Source: a virus (Duplodnaviria; Caudoviricetes). From it: a stretch of 39,094 bases of DNA. The translations under genes and the position numbers were made by a program. Location of the stretch: positions 1 through 39,094 of the IMG/VR virus record IMGVR_UViG_3300014656_000061. One strand, given 5' to 3'. This document shows, in pieces, positions 8,254-15,570 of the stretch (positions are counted from its first letter, which is position 1; each line of letters begins with the position of its first letter). Below the pieces are notes generated by a model. It was given only the letters and a program-made list of their open reading frames with translations. It searched no databases and was not told where the DNA came from.

Positions 8254-8724
8254 TTAAGAATCTTTGTTATAGGATAGTGGGTAGATTTTTTCTGAGTTCT
8301 CTATTAGGAAAGTAACCGGTATCAGCTTCATTTCAGTAGCATCATTGTCACCACCCCGTATGATAGATAGGTCGTGTGACAGCACACGGAGGATATTTGT
8401 ATTGATCAGGCAACCTATCCACTTGCCCACATAGTAATCCACACCCATACATATAATGAAGTAGTATTTTGATTTTGATACTGATAATCCTTTCAGTTTA
8501 CCGTATGCAGATATTTCAAGAGCTACGTTTTTAGTTCTTTTGCTTCCCTTGTCATACTTAACCTCTATCATTTGTCCCATTGAATCCACCAAGTCCCCTC
8601 CTGATTCCTTTAACGCACAAGGCCTGAGCACACCGAACTTGTCTTGGAGTATTTCACAAGCCCACCCTTCAGCTTTCTTTGCGGATCCTATTTGGTTGTA
8701 GAACTCTCTCGTATATGGATTCAT
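8254..8724 (-). CDS. Restriction-endonuclease-like PD-(D/E)XK nuclease
   Basis: G...E near the N-terminus, GDLV....IEVKYD...TKNVALE...GLSVSKSKYY pattern. Confidence 0.7.
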   Translation of the reverse strand: MNPYTREFYNQIGSAKKAEGWACEILQDKFGVLRPCALKESGGDLVDSMGQMIEVKYDKGSKRTKNVALEISAYGKLKGLSVSKSKYYFIICMGVDYYVGKWIGCLINTNILRVLSHDLSIIRGGDNDATEMKLIPVTFLIENSEKIYPLSYNKDS

Positions 8725-8942
8725 AGTTCTAATAACGCCTGTATTGTCGCTTCACGGTCAATTCGCTTTGGAGTTATAATCGTACCCTTTAAATATTTAA
8801 AATAACTCTCAAAGTCGTAATGGTCCTTACACTTCTTTGTTAACCTCCAAATTCCATTGTTACACTCAATCAGTTTGTACCTCTTGCTCAATTCAAATCT
8901 GTCTTTTTCTATCTCTCCAAAAGGTATTACATTCATGCTCAA
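8721..8942 (-). CDS. Hypothetical protein
   Basis: Short ORF coupled by an ATGA overlap to the nuclease. Confidence 0.5.
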   Translation of the reverse strand: MSMNVIPFGEIEKDRFELSKRYKLIECNNGIWRLTKKCKDHYDFESYFKYLKGTIITPKRIDREATIQALLEL

Positions 8943-9335
8943 AACTGGTAAGGTTAGTTTTGGTTGTGGGCTTTCCCTCTCCCCCCTCCTATAGGTTCCC
9001 CCCTCTCAAAGAAGTAGAACGAAAAAAAAGACTATAAGAAGTATCGTAACAAAGAGCAATTTAAAAACTAACAGCTGTTAACCCTCTCCCATATTCCCTG
9101 TGTAGTTTACTCGGTGTTGTCTTTAAGATACACTCTCAAGCCTTACACACCTATTCCCTGACGATCCCCGACCGTCCGTGTTGCTCGTGGATTAATAGGG
9201 TACCCACGCACGCCTGAGTTCAAAGACTCAATGTAACTGACAGAGTGCCGTGAACTGCCCAGAAACGCGGCGGAGTCCTATCAGTTACACTAAGTTTTTG
9301 ATCATCTGGGTTTGTCTCATTAGTTAATTATACCA
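8943..9335 (-). ncRNA. Candidate structured RNA and/or replication origin region
   Basis: About 390 nt without a convincing ORF; own TGGTATAAT (9327-9335); long hairpin at 9220-9301 with minus-strand G-U pairs; G-rich tract at 8971-9006. Confidence 0.45.
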
Positions 9336-9350
9336 CCTAAAATTAGCTTC

Positions 9351-9830
9351 TCAATGTCTTATAAGGCGACCGTGTCTTTTCTGTATAAAACCGTTTCTGA
9401 GCAACGTATTGTGTACTCCTTTGTATCCTATATTTAATTTTCTACTGACATCTTTCATAGTCATACCCTGCTCATAAAGTGAGCAAATAGTGCCCTGTAT
9501 ACGTTTATCCAGTCTTCGTGGGTGTGCGATGTTATTCAATCCAGGACAGTATTTATGGCATATTTCCATTACCGTAGTCTCGTGGTAACCCACCTTATCT
9601 CCTATCTCTTTATAGGTGCGTCCCATCTTTCTCATTCGTGTTATATTGTTAATAGTTTCCTCATCCATCCTAGGAAGGGCTATAAATCGCAGATCTCTTG
9701 CATATCTTCTGCATATAGTTCCCACAGAGTACCGAAGTACACCAAGTTCCTCGGCGATCTCCTTGTACATGTATCCTTCTTCTCTCAACTTGATTATTTT
9801 TGTGATCATTTCTTGGGGCAGTCTTCTCAT
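9351..9830 (-). CDS. Triple-HTH repeat DNA-binding protein
   Basis: Three ~52-aa repeats: LREEGYMYKEIAEELGV, MRKMGRTYKEIGDKVGY and LYEQGMTMKDVSRKLNI. Confidence 0.8.
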   Translation of the reverse strand: MRRLPQEMITKIIKLREEGYMYKEIAEELGVLRYSVGTICRRYARDLRFIALPRMDEETINNITRMRKMGRTYKEIGDKVGYHETTVMEICHKYCPGLNNIAHPRRLDKRIQGTICSLYEQGMTMKDVSRKLNIGYKGVHNTLLRNGFIQKRHGRLIRH

Positions 9831-9875
9831 ATCCTATTATTATAAACAGGATAATATATTGCAAGTTCTTATAGT

Positions 9876-9940
9876 AAAAACTAAAGAGGGGATACCATGT
9901 ATGACGGAGAAAGACTCCAGACGTATGGTTAAATCCCCTC
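9876..9940 (-). terminator. Hairpin with T tail
   Basis: GAGGGGAT..ACCAT...ATGGTATCCCCTC followed by TTTAGTTTTT. Confidence 0.55.
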
Positions 9941-9948
9941 AATAGGCA

Positions 9949-10368
9949 CTACATATTGCGTAAAACGCTAAAAGCTAAATCTGTAACTCTATCCCCCACA
10001 CGAACTATTGCTCGGTGTATATTCTGTTCCTTTCTAGGTAGTTCGATGATTGAATCGCCGATTACTGTTCCTACCTCTCCTGTAAGGAATATGCTTACTT
10101 TCCGATACTTACGAGTGTCCCCCCAGAAGATATAGTGTAGTGGGTATCGTTTCCCCTCAAATGGAACACCACGTAACACTACATCAAATTCTTCTTTAGA
10201 AAGACCAGCGTAGGTCTTCAACTCGGTAAGATATCTGTAGTCCTTATTCCTCCACCTCTTGTTCGCTTTCAGCTTCATCTTCATGATATTCCTCCATGGG
10301 AACAAGTTGAAATGGCAGTGTGCGTACACACTTGTGACAGGACACGACTTCCATATCCATACCGACAA
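9949..10368 (-). CDS. Hypothetical protein (true start probably MKMKLK, near 10284)
   Basis: The 5' extension overlaps the Zn-ribbon ORF. Confidence 0.55.
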   Translation of the reverse strand: MSVWIWKSCPVTSVYAHCHFNLFPWRNIMKMKLKANKRWRNKDYRYLTELKTYAGLSKEEFDVVLRGVPFEGKRYPLHYIFWGDTRKYRKVSIFLTGEVGTVIGDSIIELPRKEQNIHRAIVRVGDRVTDLAFSVLRNM

Positions 10369-10426
10369 TCCTACACTTGTAGGTCTTACGGAACTTTCCG
10401 CAGAAATTACAAATAGCTTGTACCAT
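10244..10426 (-). CDS. Small Zn-ribbon protein
   Basis: CNFC...CHKC with an acidic tail; AGGAGG precedes the ATG. Confidence 0.6.
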   Translation of the reverse strand: MVQAICNFCGKFRKTYKCRIVGMDMEVVSCHKCVRTLPFQLVPMEEYHEDEAESEQEVEE

Positions 10427-10469
10427 TGTAGTACCTCCTTTTAATGAACTTTAGTCTTAAAGACTAATG

Positions 10470-10558
10470 ACCAAGCACGAGTTCTCGGCATCAAGAAGGA
10501 CACCGAAGTGGCAATCTCTGTAGCTGAAGAAGGAGCGTCCTCCACTCGTAGGCTCGGT
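10470..10558 (-). ncRNA. Structured RNA element between boxA-like motifs
   Basis: Closing stems ACCGAGC/GCTTGGT and ACGAGT/ACTCGT; flanked by AGTTCTTAAAAATT (10563-10576) and AGTTCATTAAAA (10439-10450). Confidence 0.5.
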
Positions 10559-10577
10559 AATAAATTTTTAAGAACTA

Positions 10578-10727
10578 AATAGATAGGAAGAGGGGTTTTA
10601 ACCTACTCTAACGATTATGGGAGCTTTATTGGGAGTCAAACCCAGACCCATTCTGGCTTCACGTTACCCGCTGTCTACAAAAGTGCAGCATTGAGGCGGT
10701 GCAATAACTCTGCCATTCCTATCTATT
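10578..10727 (-). ncRNA. tRNA-like RNA with long insert
   Basis: 12-bp closing stem AATAGATAGGAA/TTCCTATCTATT; D-like TGGCAGAGTTATTGC; T-like GG-TTAAAAC-CC; boxA-like AGTTCTTAAAAATT on both sides. Confidence 0.55.
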
Positions 10728-10787
10728 CAATTTTTAAGAACTAATTAGTGATGGGTATTGGAAAGATATAACCACCACTATCAGGCC

Positions 10788-10919
10788 TTATCTTGGCATC
10801 TTAAAGGTTTTTCTGTCATTAAATTCAGCGACTTTTCCTGGATTCCAAAAACTTACAGCTGATATGTATCCGACAATTCTACTATAAATTTGGCACTTTT
10901 GTCTTGTTACTTTTTTCAT
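10788..10919 (-). CDS. Stand-alone NrdD C-terminal glycyl-radical peptide (43 aa; not in the ORF track)
   Basis: MKKVTRQKCQIYSRIVGYISAVSFWNPGKVAEFNDRKTFKMPR carries the RxxGY...WNxGKxxE..DR signature of class III RNR C-termini. Confidence 0.85.
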   Translation of the reverse strand: MKKVTRQKCQIYSRIVGYISAVSFWNPGKVAEFNDRKTFKMPR

Positions 10920-11322
10920 TTTGCTTCTCCATATAAATTGAATGTGCATGTATTGAACCTAATCTTGAATTCTCGGAGTGTGTAAGCCATCGCATGTTCT
11001 CTAGTATATACCCTAATTCCGGGTTGGTTCTGTCTACTGTTGGGCATAATCTTCTGTCATATTTGTTGAACTCCCAGGTCTTAAACATTACCAAGAATTC
11101 CCCTGACGACATAGCCCACTCATAAAAATCTTCTCTTGAAAGTAATTTTTTCCCTTTGTATAAATGAGCCTTCTTTTGTTGAATCCCTAACACTCTGGAT
11201 TCCATATTTCTATACTTTCGCATCAAGAATCCATGTATTGTCTTCTCGTATCTATTGGTGCTACCATTTCTTGTTCTCTCCCTGTATTCTCTTTGATATC
11301 TATTCTTCTCTTCTCTTGTCAT
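10882..11322 (-). CDS. HNH-like (His-Me finger) endonuclease
   Basis: PTVDRTNPELGYILENMRWLTHSENS motif. Confidence 0.75.
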   Translation of the reverse strand: MTREEKNRYQREYRERTRNGSTNRYEKTIHGFLMRKYRNMESRVLGIQQKKAHLYKGKKLLSREDFYEWAMSSGEFLVMFKTWEFNKYDRRLCPTVDRTNPELGYILENMRWLTHSENSRLGSIHAHSIYMEKQNEKSNKTKVPNL

Positions 11323-11371
11323 TCTTCATGGTTTTCATGATATTAATACTTAATTATATCATATCCCCATT

Positions 11372-12391
11372 TTATATAACTCCCATGGTCTCAAGTGTTT
11401 CTGCCGTTGAACTCATAGGTCTCATCATGAACTTGTCGTGGGAGAATATAATCCAGTTTGTGCCAATTCCACAACCCTCTTTTCTTCTAAATCCTTTTGT
11501 ATCCAGGAAGTCATCAGCTCTCTTGAAAGTCTTACCCGATAAGAATACAACCTTTCTACTTCCTTTTGCACTTGGCATTACCTGAGACTGTTCCGCTCCA
11601 TTGTGCGTATGCGCTGATAATACGAAATCGTAACCGTCATTCTCAAGCACAAATCTTTTCTGTTGGTGGTTTGGGTTTATGTATGAATTTCCCTTGAGTT
11701 CGTGTGCCATAGCCCCCACATATTCTATTCCGTTAATCCTCAATGTTATCGTACCAATACCATCGAAAATAGGAATCCTGTTTCTAATGTCGTTATATGA
11801 ATCTAATCCCGTTCTCCTGCTCCACTTTTCGTGGCTTCCCATAACTCCAGCTAGAATCTTATCTGTCCCCATATACTCAAGCATCTTGTGAAAGTATAAG
11901 TCTTGTTCATCAAGGTTTGCTACATCTCCAAACTGTGCTGGATTCCAACAAAAGCCATCGACCAGGTCGCCTCCGAGTAATACTCTCATGTATGGATTCT
12001 GTTTAATCTCGTCTATCTCCCATTTAAGTCTGTCATAATCAACATCTTGACCTGCTACATGGGTATCTGCTAACCACCCTATTGCAACTGGTCTATCGGT
12101 CTCTATTTCAATGACTGTGTTATATTCCTTCTTCTCAACTCTTGCCCTCAGCTCAGCCCTCCTGGTAAACTCTTCGTGGAGTTCCTCAAAGGACAGGTCT
12201 ACAATTTCTCGGTCTGGATATGATACACTCATTTTACCCTCAAACATTTTCTCTCTCTGAATATTCTCTTTACTCTTATAACTATCCTCTCTCGCTCCTG
12301 TATACAATCCGGATTCTTGCTCTTGCATTGGAAATTTTACGGTAATTTTAGAAGTTCCCGTTATACTCGCTTTTTTTCTCGTGTTTTTCAT
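11372..12391 (-). CDS. Calcineurin-like metallophosphoesterase
   Basis: Motifs DTH, GDLVD, GSHE (GNHE variant), AHE and AHTH. Confidence 0.85.
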   Translation of the reverse strand: MKNTRKKASITGTSKITVKFPMQEQESGLYTGAREDSYKSKENIQREKMFEGKMSVSYPDREIVDLSFEELHEEFTRRAELRARVEKKEYNTVIEIETDRPVAIGWLADTHVAGQDVDYDRLKWEIDEIKQNPYMRVLLGGDLVDGFCWNPAQFGDVANLDEQDLYFHKMLEYMGTDKILAGVMGSHEKWSRRTGLDSYNDIRNRIPIFDGIGTITLRINGIEYVGAMAHELKGNSYINPNHQQKRFVLENDGYDFVLSAHTHNGAEQSQVMPSAKGSRKVVFLSGKTFKRADDFLDTKGFRRKEGCGIGTNWIIFSHDKFMMRPMSSTAETLETMGVI

Positions 12392-12417
12392 GGACAGATT
12401 CTCTCGTTTAAATTAGA

Positions 12418-12702
12418 TTATAAAGGCAATTTTTGAAGTACCTTTGAATCCGGAAACAGATCTCTCAAGAACTTACCAATTCCTACAATACCTGCGGCAA
12501 GGCTTGCTACAAATATTGAGGCTAATAGCTTTATAATTGTTTCTTTACTCTGGAAGTTGTCTACCGTTACTGAGGTTAGCATTAAACCCATTGTCGCTAG
12601 AAATGCCGCTACAAATGCCCGGAGAATTCCCCAAAGATTCTTCTTCCAGTCTGGGTAATTTTTATCAAACCAGGCCGGGACGTTTACTGTTACTTTCGCC
12701 AT
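12418..12702 (-). CDS. Putative holin
   Basis: 94 aa, two hydrophobic helices, near the amidase. Confidence 0.6.
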   Translation of the reverse strand: MAKVTVNVPAWFDKNYPDWKKNLWGILRAFVAAFLATMGLMLTSVTVDNFQSKETIIKLLASIFVASLAAGIVGIGKFLRDLFPDSKVLQKLPL

Positions 12703-12703
12703 A

Positions 12704-12811
12704 TTAAAATTGATTAATAATTAATTTAACTAACGATCCTAATATCGCAATAACTGCGCTAATACTCATTATAACCATACTCACATTAATAACTGCGTTT
12801 AGTATGTCCAT
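12704..12811 (-). CDS. Small single-TM peptide (35 aa; not in the ORF track)
   Basis: MDILNAVINVSMVIMSISAVIAILGSLVKLIINQF; the stop lies 1 nt before the holin ATG. Confidence 0.5.
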   Translation of the reverse strand: MDILNAVINVSMVIMSISAVIAILGSLVKLIINQF

Positions 12812-12900
12812 AATTCTTCTCTTGTTTCTCCGTATATTTGTAAATGTATCTCGAACTCCAAAATGTATAATAAATACATTCCTAATAATTTAAGGACTCC

Positions 12901-13740
12901 CTATTTCTTTGCAAATAGTTTATCCAAGAACTCTATTATCCATATAAATCTATTATTGGATAGCGTACTGTATTTACTCTGCCATTCTAAACTCTGATTC
13001 TCTGCCGTTTTTCTTTTAATAGTCTCTGTACCTAACTGATCAGATATGAGTTTATAGTTTGCTTCACTTTCTATTTTATACGCATCGAACAACTTTTTTA
13101 GCTCCGCTTTTTCTATAGATAGGCCATTGACCTGTTTAGTCAATTCTGCAATTCTAGGGTCTTCTGAGGGGCTCACAGGGTCATCCTGGAGTGGGTTAGT
13201 AGGCAGGTTGTTTTTGACTATTTCGTTTGCTCTCGTAATAACTGTCTTCATCCACCCACTGTCGTGTGTACCAATGTTTGTTCCTGGGCAAGAGGTACCT
13301 GTTAGGGATGTTTCTTTGTGCCCTCGTACAATAACATCAACGCTATATTGTTTCTCAAATCTAGCTATTATTCTAGCAACTGCTTCTTTCTGTAGATTAT
13401 TCGGCATATCTGTCATGTAGTTACCGTCAATGAGTACCGCTATACCATGAAGATTAAAACTGGAAGCACCTCTGGCGTTGTCTCCTGCGTGATACAAGAC
13501 ATATTTATCATCCTGAAGTCTTAGTTCATGTCCATTTCCTGCTATAGCAATGTGATATTCAATATAGTTATAACCATACTCACCAGGAGTTTTTATTTCT
13601 TCAGCCCAATCTTTTTTAGAGTGAGTGATCTCATATCCGGCCAATCTTTTTCGTAGTGCTGGTATATCGGCGGGTACACCATTAACTGCTGCATGGTGTA
13701 TACATATTCTGTTAGGTTTCCCCTGTCTTATGATTGCCAT
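12901..13740 (-). CDS. Endolysin, N-acetylmuramoyl-L-alanine amidase (Amidase_2) with C-terminal coiled coil
   Basis: Zn-amidase motifs ICIHHAA, YHIAI, YHAG, VRGHKE and TSCPG. Confidence 0.88.
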   Translation of the reverse strand: MAIIRQGKPNRICIHHAAVNGVPADIPALRKRLAGYEITHSKKDWAEEIKTPGEYGYNYIEYHIAIAGNGHELRLQDDKYVLYHAGDNARGASSFNLHGIAVLIDGNYMTDMPNNLQKEAVARIIARFEKQYSVDVIVRGHKETSLTGTSCPGTNIGTHDSGWMKTVITRANEIVKNNLPTNPLQDDPVSPSEDPRIAELTKQVNGLSIEKAELKKLFDAYKIESEANYKLISDQLGTETIKRKTAENQSLEWQSKYSTLSNNRFIWIIEFLDKLFAKK

Positions 13741-13757
13741 TATAGTATATTATACCA

Positions 13758-15107
13758 CTATCTCTTTTTGAGTATACTGGAGTAAGTATTGCGTAAACTT
13801 TCCCTTAATCCCTCATCGTCACTGGTCACAGGTATTTTTCTTGAGGTCTTTGATCGTTTAGCTAACATTGCCTGCTTAGAGTAAGAAACTCCCTGTTTAA
13901 GTTTTGGAGTTTTAGCGTTCTTATTTAATAGAATCTCCATTTGCTGTTTGTATAAATCATTTCCAGGTCTACCCTCGAAGATGTAGTCTCCTATTTTATC
14001 GGCACTCTTCATGGCGTCTTCGCTTACTTGTCCTGTAGAGTGTGCTTGATTCCAGATGTCTGATAGTTGATTCTCCGATAAATTGAGACTCCTTACTAAG
14101 TGCCTAGTTTCCATTATATCGTCAATTTTATTTCCCCATTCTGGAAGACTGTTGATAAATTCATTATGATTAAGGGTATATTCCTGTAGCATGACGGTTG
14201 ATAACTCTCTAGGGTTGTCCACTAGCGCCTCCAGAGGATATGCAGCTGTGTCAGCGACATAACTAACTCTTTTAGCAAGTTCCCTAATTTGTTCTGTAGA
14301 TAAATTACTAATCTCCGTTGCCAGTGGCGTGTCTAGTTGATGAAGTTTCTCATGTGTCTCTACGAACGAGCCAACATCGTTAACAATACTCGGGTCCACA
14401 ACCTTCCTACCAGTTGCATACTCATATTCTCCACCTATCCCCATTTTAGTTAGGTCTTTTTTTTGAACAATTCTATCTAGCGCCTTATTCGTTCTTACAA
14501 ACTCCTCTGGTGTTTTATATTTCTTTGCTTCTTCTATAAGTGGGTCTATTGTAGATGGTTTGTTATTTCCTAGATTTAATTCTGCACTATACTTCCCTGT
14601 ATTAGCTTTCTTAAGCTCTTGTCCCATGCCTTTTCTAAATGTAGGGTCGCTTATTAGCCCACCGGCAACCTCTCCGACAGTTCCTATTCCCATTCCTAGT
14701 AATGTATCTTGTAATTCTTTCCCCTGTCTACTGTAACCGAACCCACCAACAGTTCCTTCTATAGAACCTCTTGTTGCGAGTTGTGCTAGTTTAGATATCG
14801 TCGGGTTAGCAATGTTTGTGCCTACGTTGGCTACTCCCCCGATCTTAGTATAAGGCATTAAAGTACTTGCCATACCGGCAGAAGATTTGATCGCTTCGAG
14901 ATAAGGTTTGTTTGATATTTGTTCCTGCTCTTCTGGAGTTAATGCACTGGCTAGATACTCAAGAAATTTCCCTCTGTTTTGAGATTGTGACATGTCCTTT
15001 CCAGTGAATGCACTGCCCCAGTTTTGGGCTAGTATGTTAGCACCTTTCCTGAATGGAGAAGTTGCCCCTAGTACTAATTGTTGCCAGAGATTGTATTCTT
15101 GTGCCAT
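13758..15107 (-). CDS. Putative ejected/internal virion protein with HExxH metallopeptidase-like insert
   Basis: Gly/Ala-rich N-terminal half; ETHEKLHQLD motif; located after other ejection-type genes. Confidence 0.55.
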   Translation of the reverse strand: MAQEYNLWQQLVLGATSPFRKGANILAQNWGSAFTGKDMSQSQNRGKFLEYLASALTPEEQEQISNKPYLEAIKSSAGMASTLMPYTKIGGVANVGTNIANPTISKLAQLATRGSIEGTVGGFGYSRQGKELQDTLLGMGIGTVGEVAGGLISDPTFRKGMGQELKKANTGKYSAELNLGNNKPSTIDPLIEEAKKYKTPEEFVRTNKALDRIVQKKDLTKMGIGGEYEYATGRKVVDPSIVNDVGSFVETHEKLHQLDTPLATEISNLSTEQIRELAKRVSYVADTAAYPLEALVDNPRELSTVMLQEYTLNHNEFINSLPEWGNKIDDIMETRHLVRSLNLSENQLSDIWNQAHSTGQVSEDAMKSADKIGDYIFEGRPGNDLYKQQMEILLNKNAKTPKLKQGVSYSKQAMLAKRSKTSRKIPVTSDDEGLRESLRNTYSSILKKR

Positions 15108-15124
15108 TAGAAGTTATTATAAAC

Positions 15125-15553
15125 TTATCCCCTAAACCACCCGCTGAACCAACCAACAATTGTGATTATAGTACCGACAAATGCTATTATTCCTGCCCAA
15201 CTTCCAACCCCAAAAAATGCCTTTGTCTTATTTGATATCACACTGTTTAGAATTATCTCTTTTACTACTTTCCAATTTCCATTCTCTTCCCATTCTTCAA
15301 ACATTTCAACCATTTTCAAACTTCTATTTGCTACATCAGTAACCTTATTTCTATCTATGTATTCACTGTGGCTTTGTACTGTGGCTACTAAGCCTGTTTT
15401 ATTGTAATCGTTACCCAATAAAGCCTCTTCTATTCTTGATAGACTCTCTCCCTGTTTTTTGACGTTACTATTGATTTCTTCAAAGCACGACTTTATTTCT
15501 TGTTGTACGATCCTTCTTATTTCCATTTCGTCTATTGACTTAATAGGTGGCAT
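15125..15553 (-). CDS. Coiled-coil protein with C-terminal TM helix
   Basis: C-terminal WAGIIAFVGTIITIVGWFSGWF. Confidence 0.6.
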   Translation of the reverse strand: MPPIKSIDEMEIRRIVQQEIKSCFEEINSNVKKQGESLSRIEEALLGNDYNKTGLVATVQSHSEYIDRNKVTDVANRSLKMVEMFEEWEENGNWKVVKEIILNSVISNKTKAFFGVGSWAGIIAFVGTIITIVGWFSGWFRG

Positions 15554-15570
15554 GTTCGAGTTCTATAAAA

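Noticed and set aside
9670-9942. Alternative-frame minus-strand ORF (90 aa); likewise 18302..18496 and 15053..15235
   Set aside because: They overlap better-supported genes or terminator structures and carry no recognisable motifs.
4690-10742. Repeated AGTTCTT..AAAATT units as a CRISPR array, with TnpB or the Cas4-like nuclease as cas genes
   Set aside because: Repeats are only about 14-16 nt and degenerate, the intervals are about 125-215 nt and self-structured, and there is no cas1/cas2. boxA fits better.
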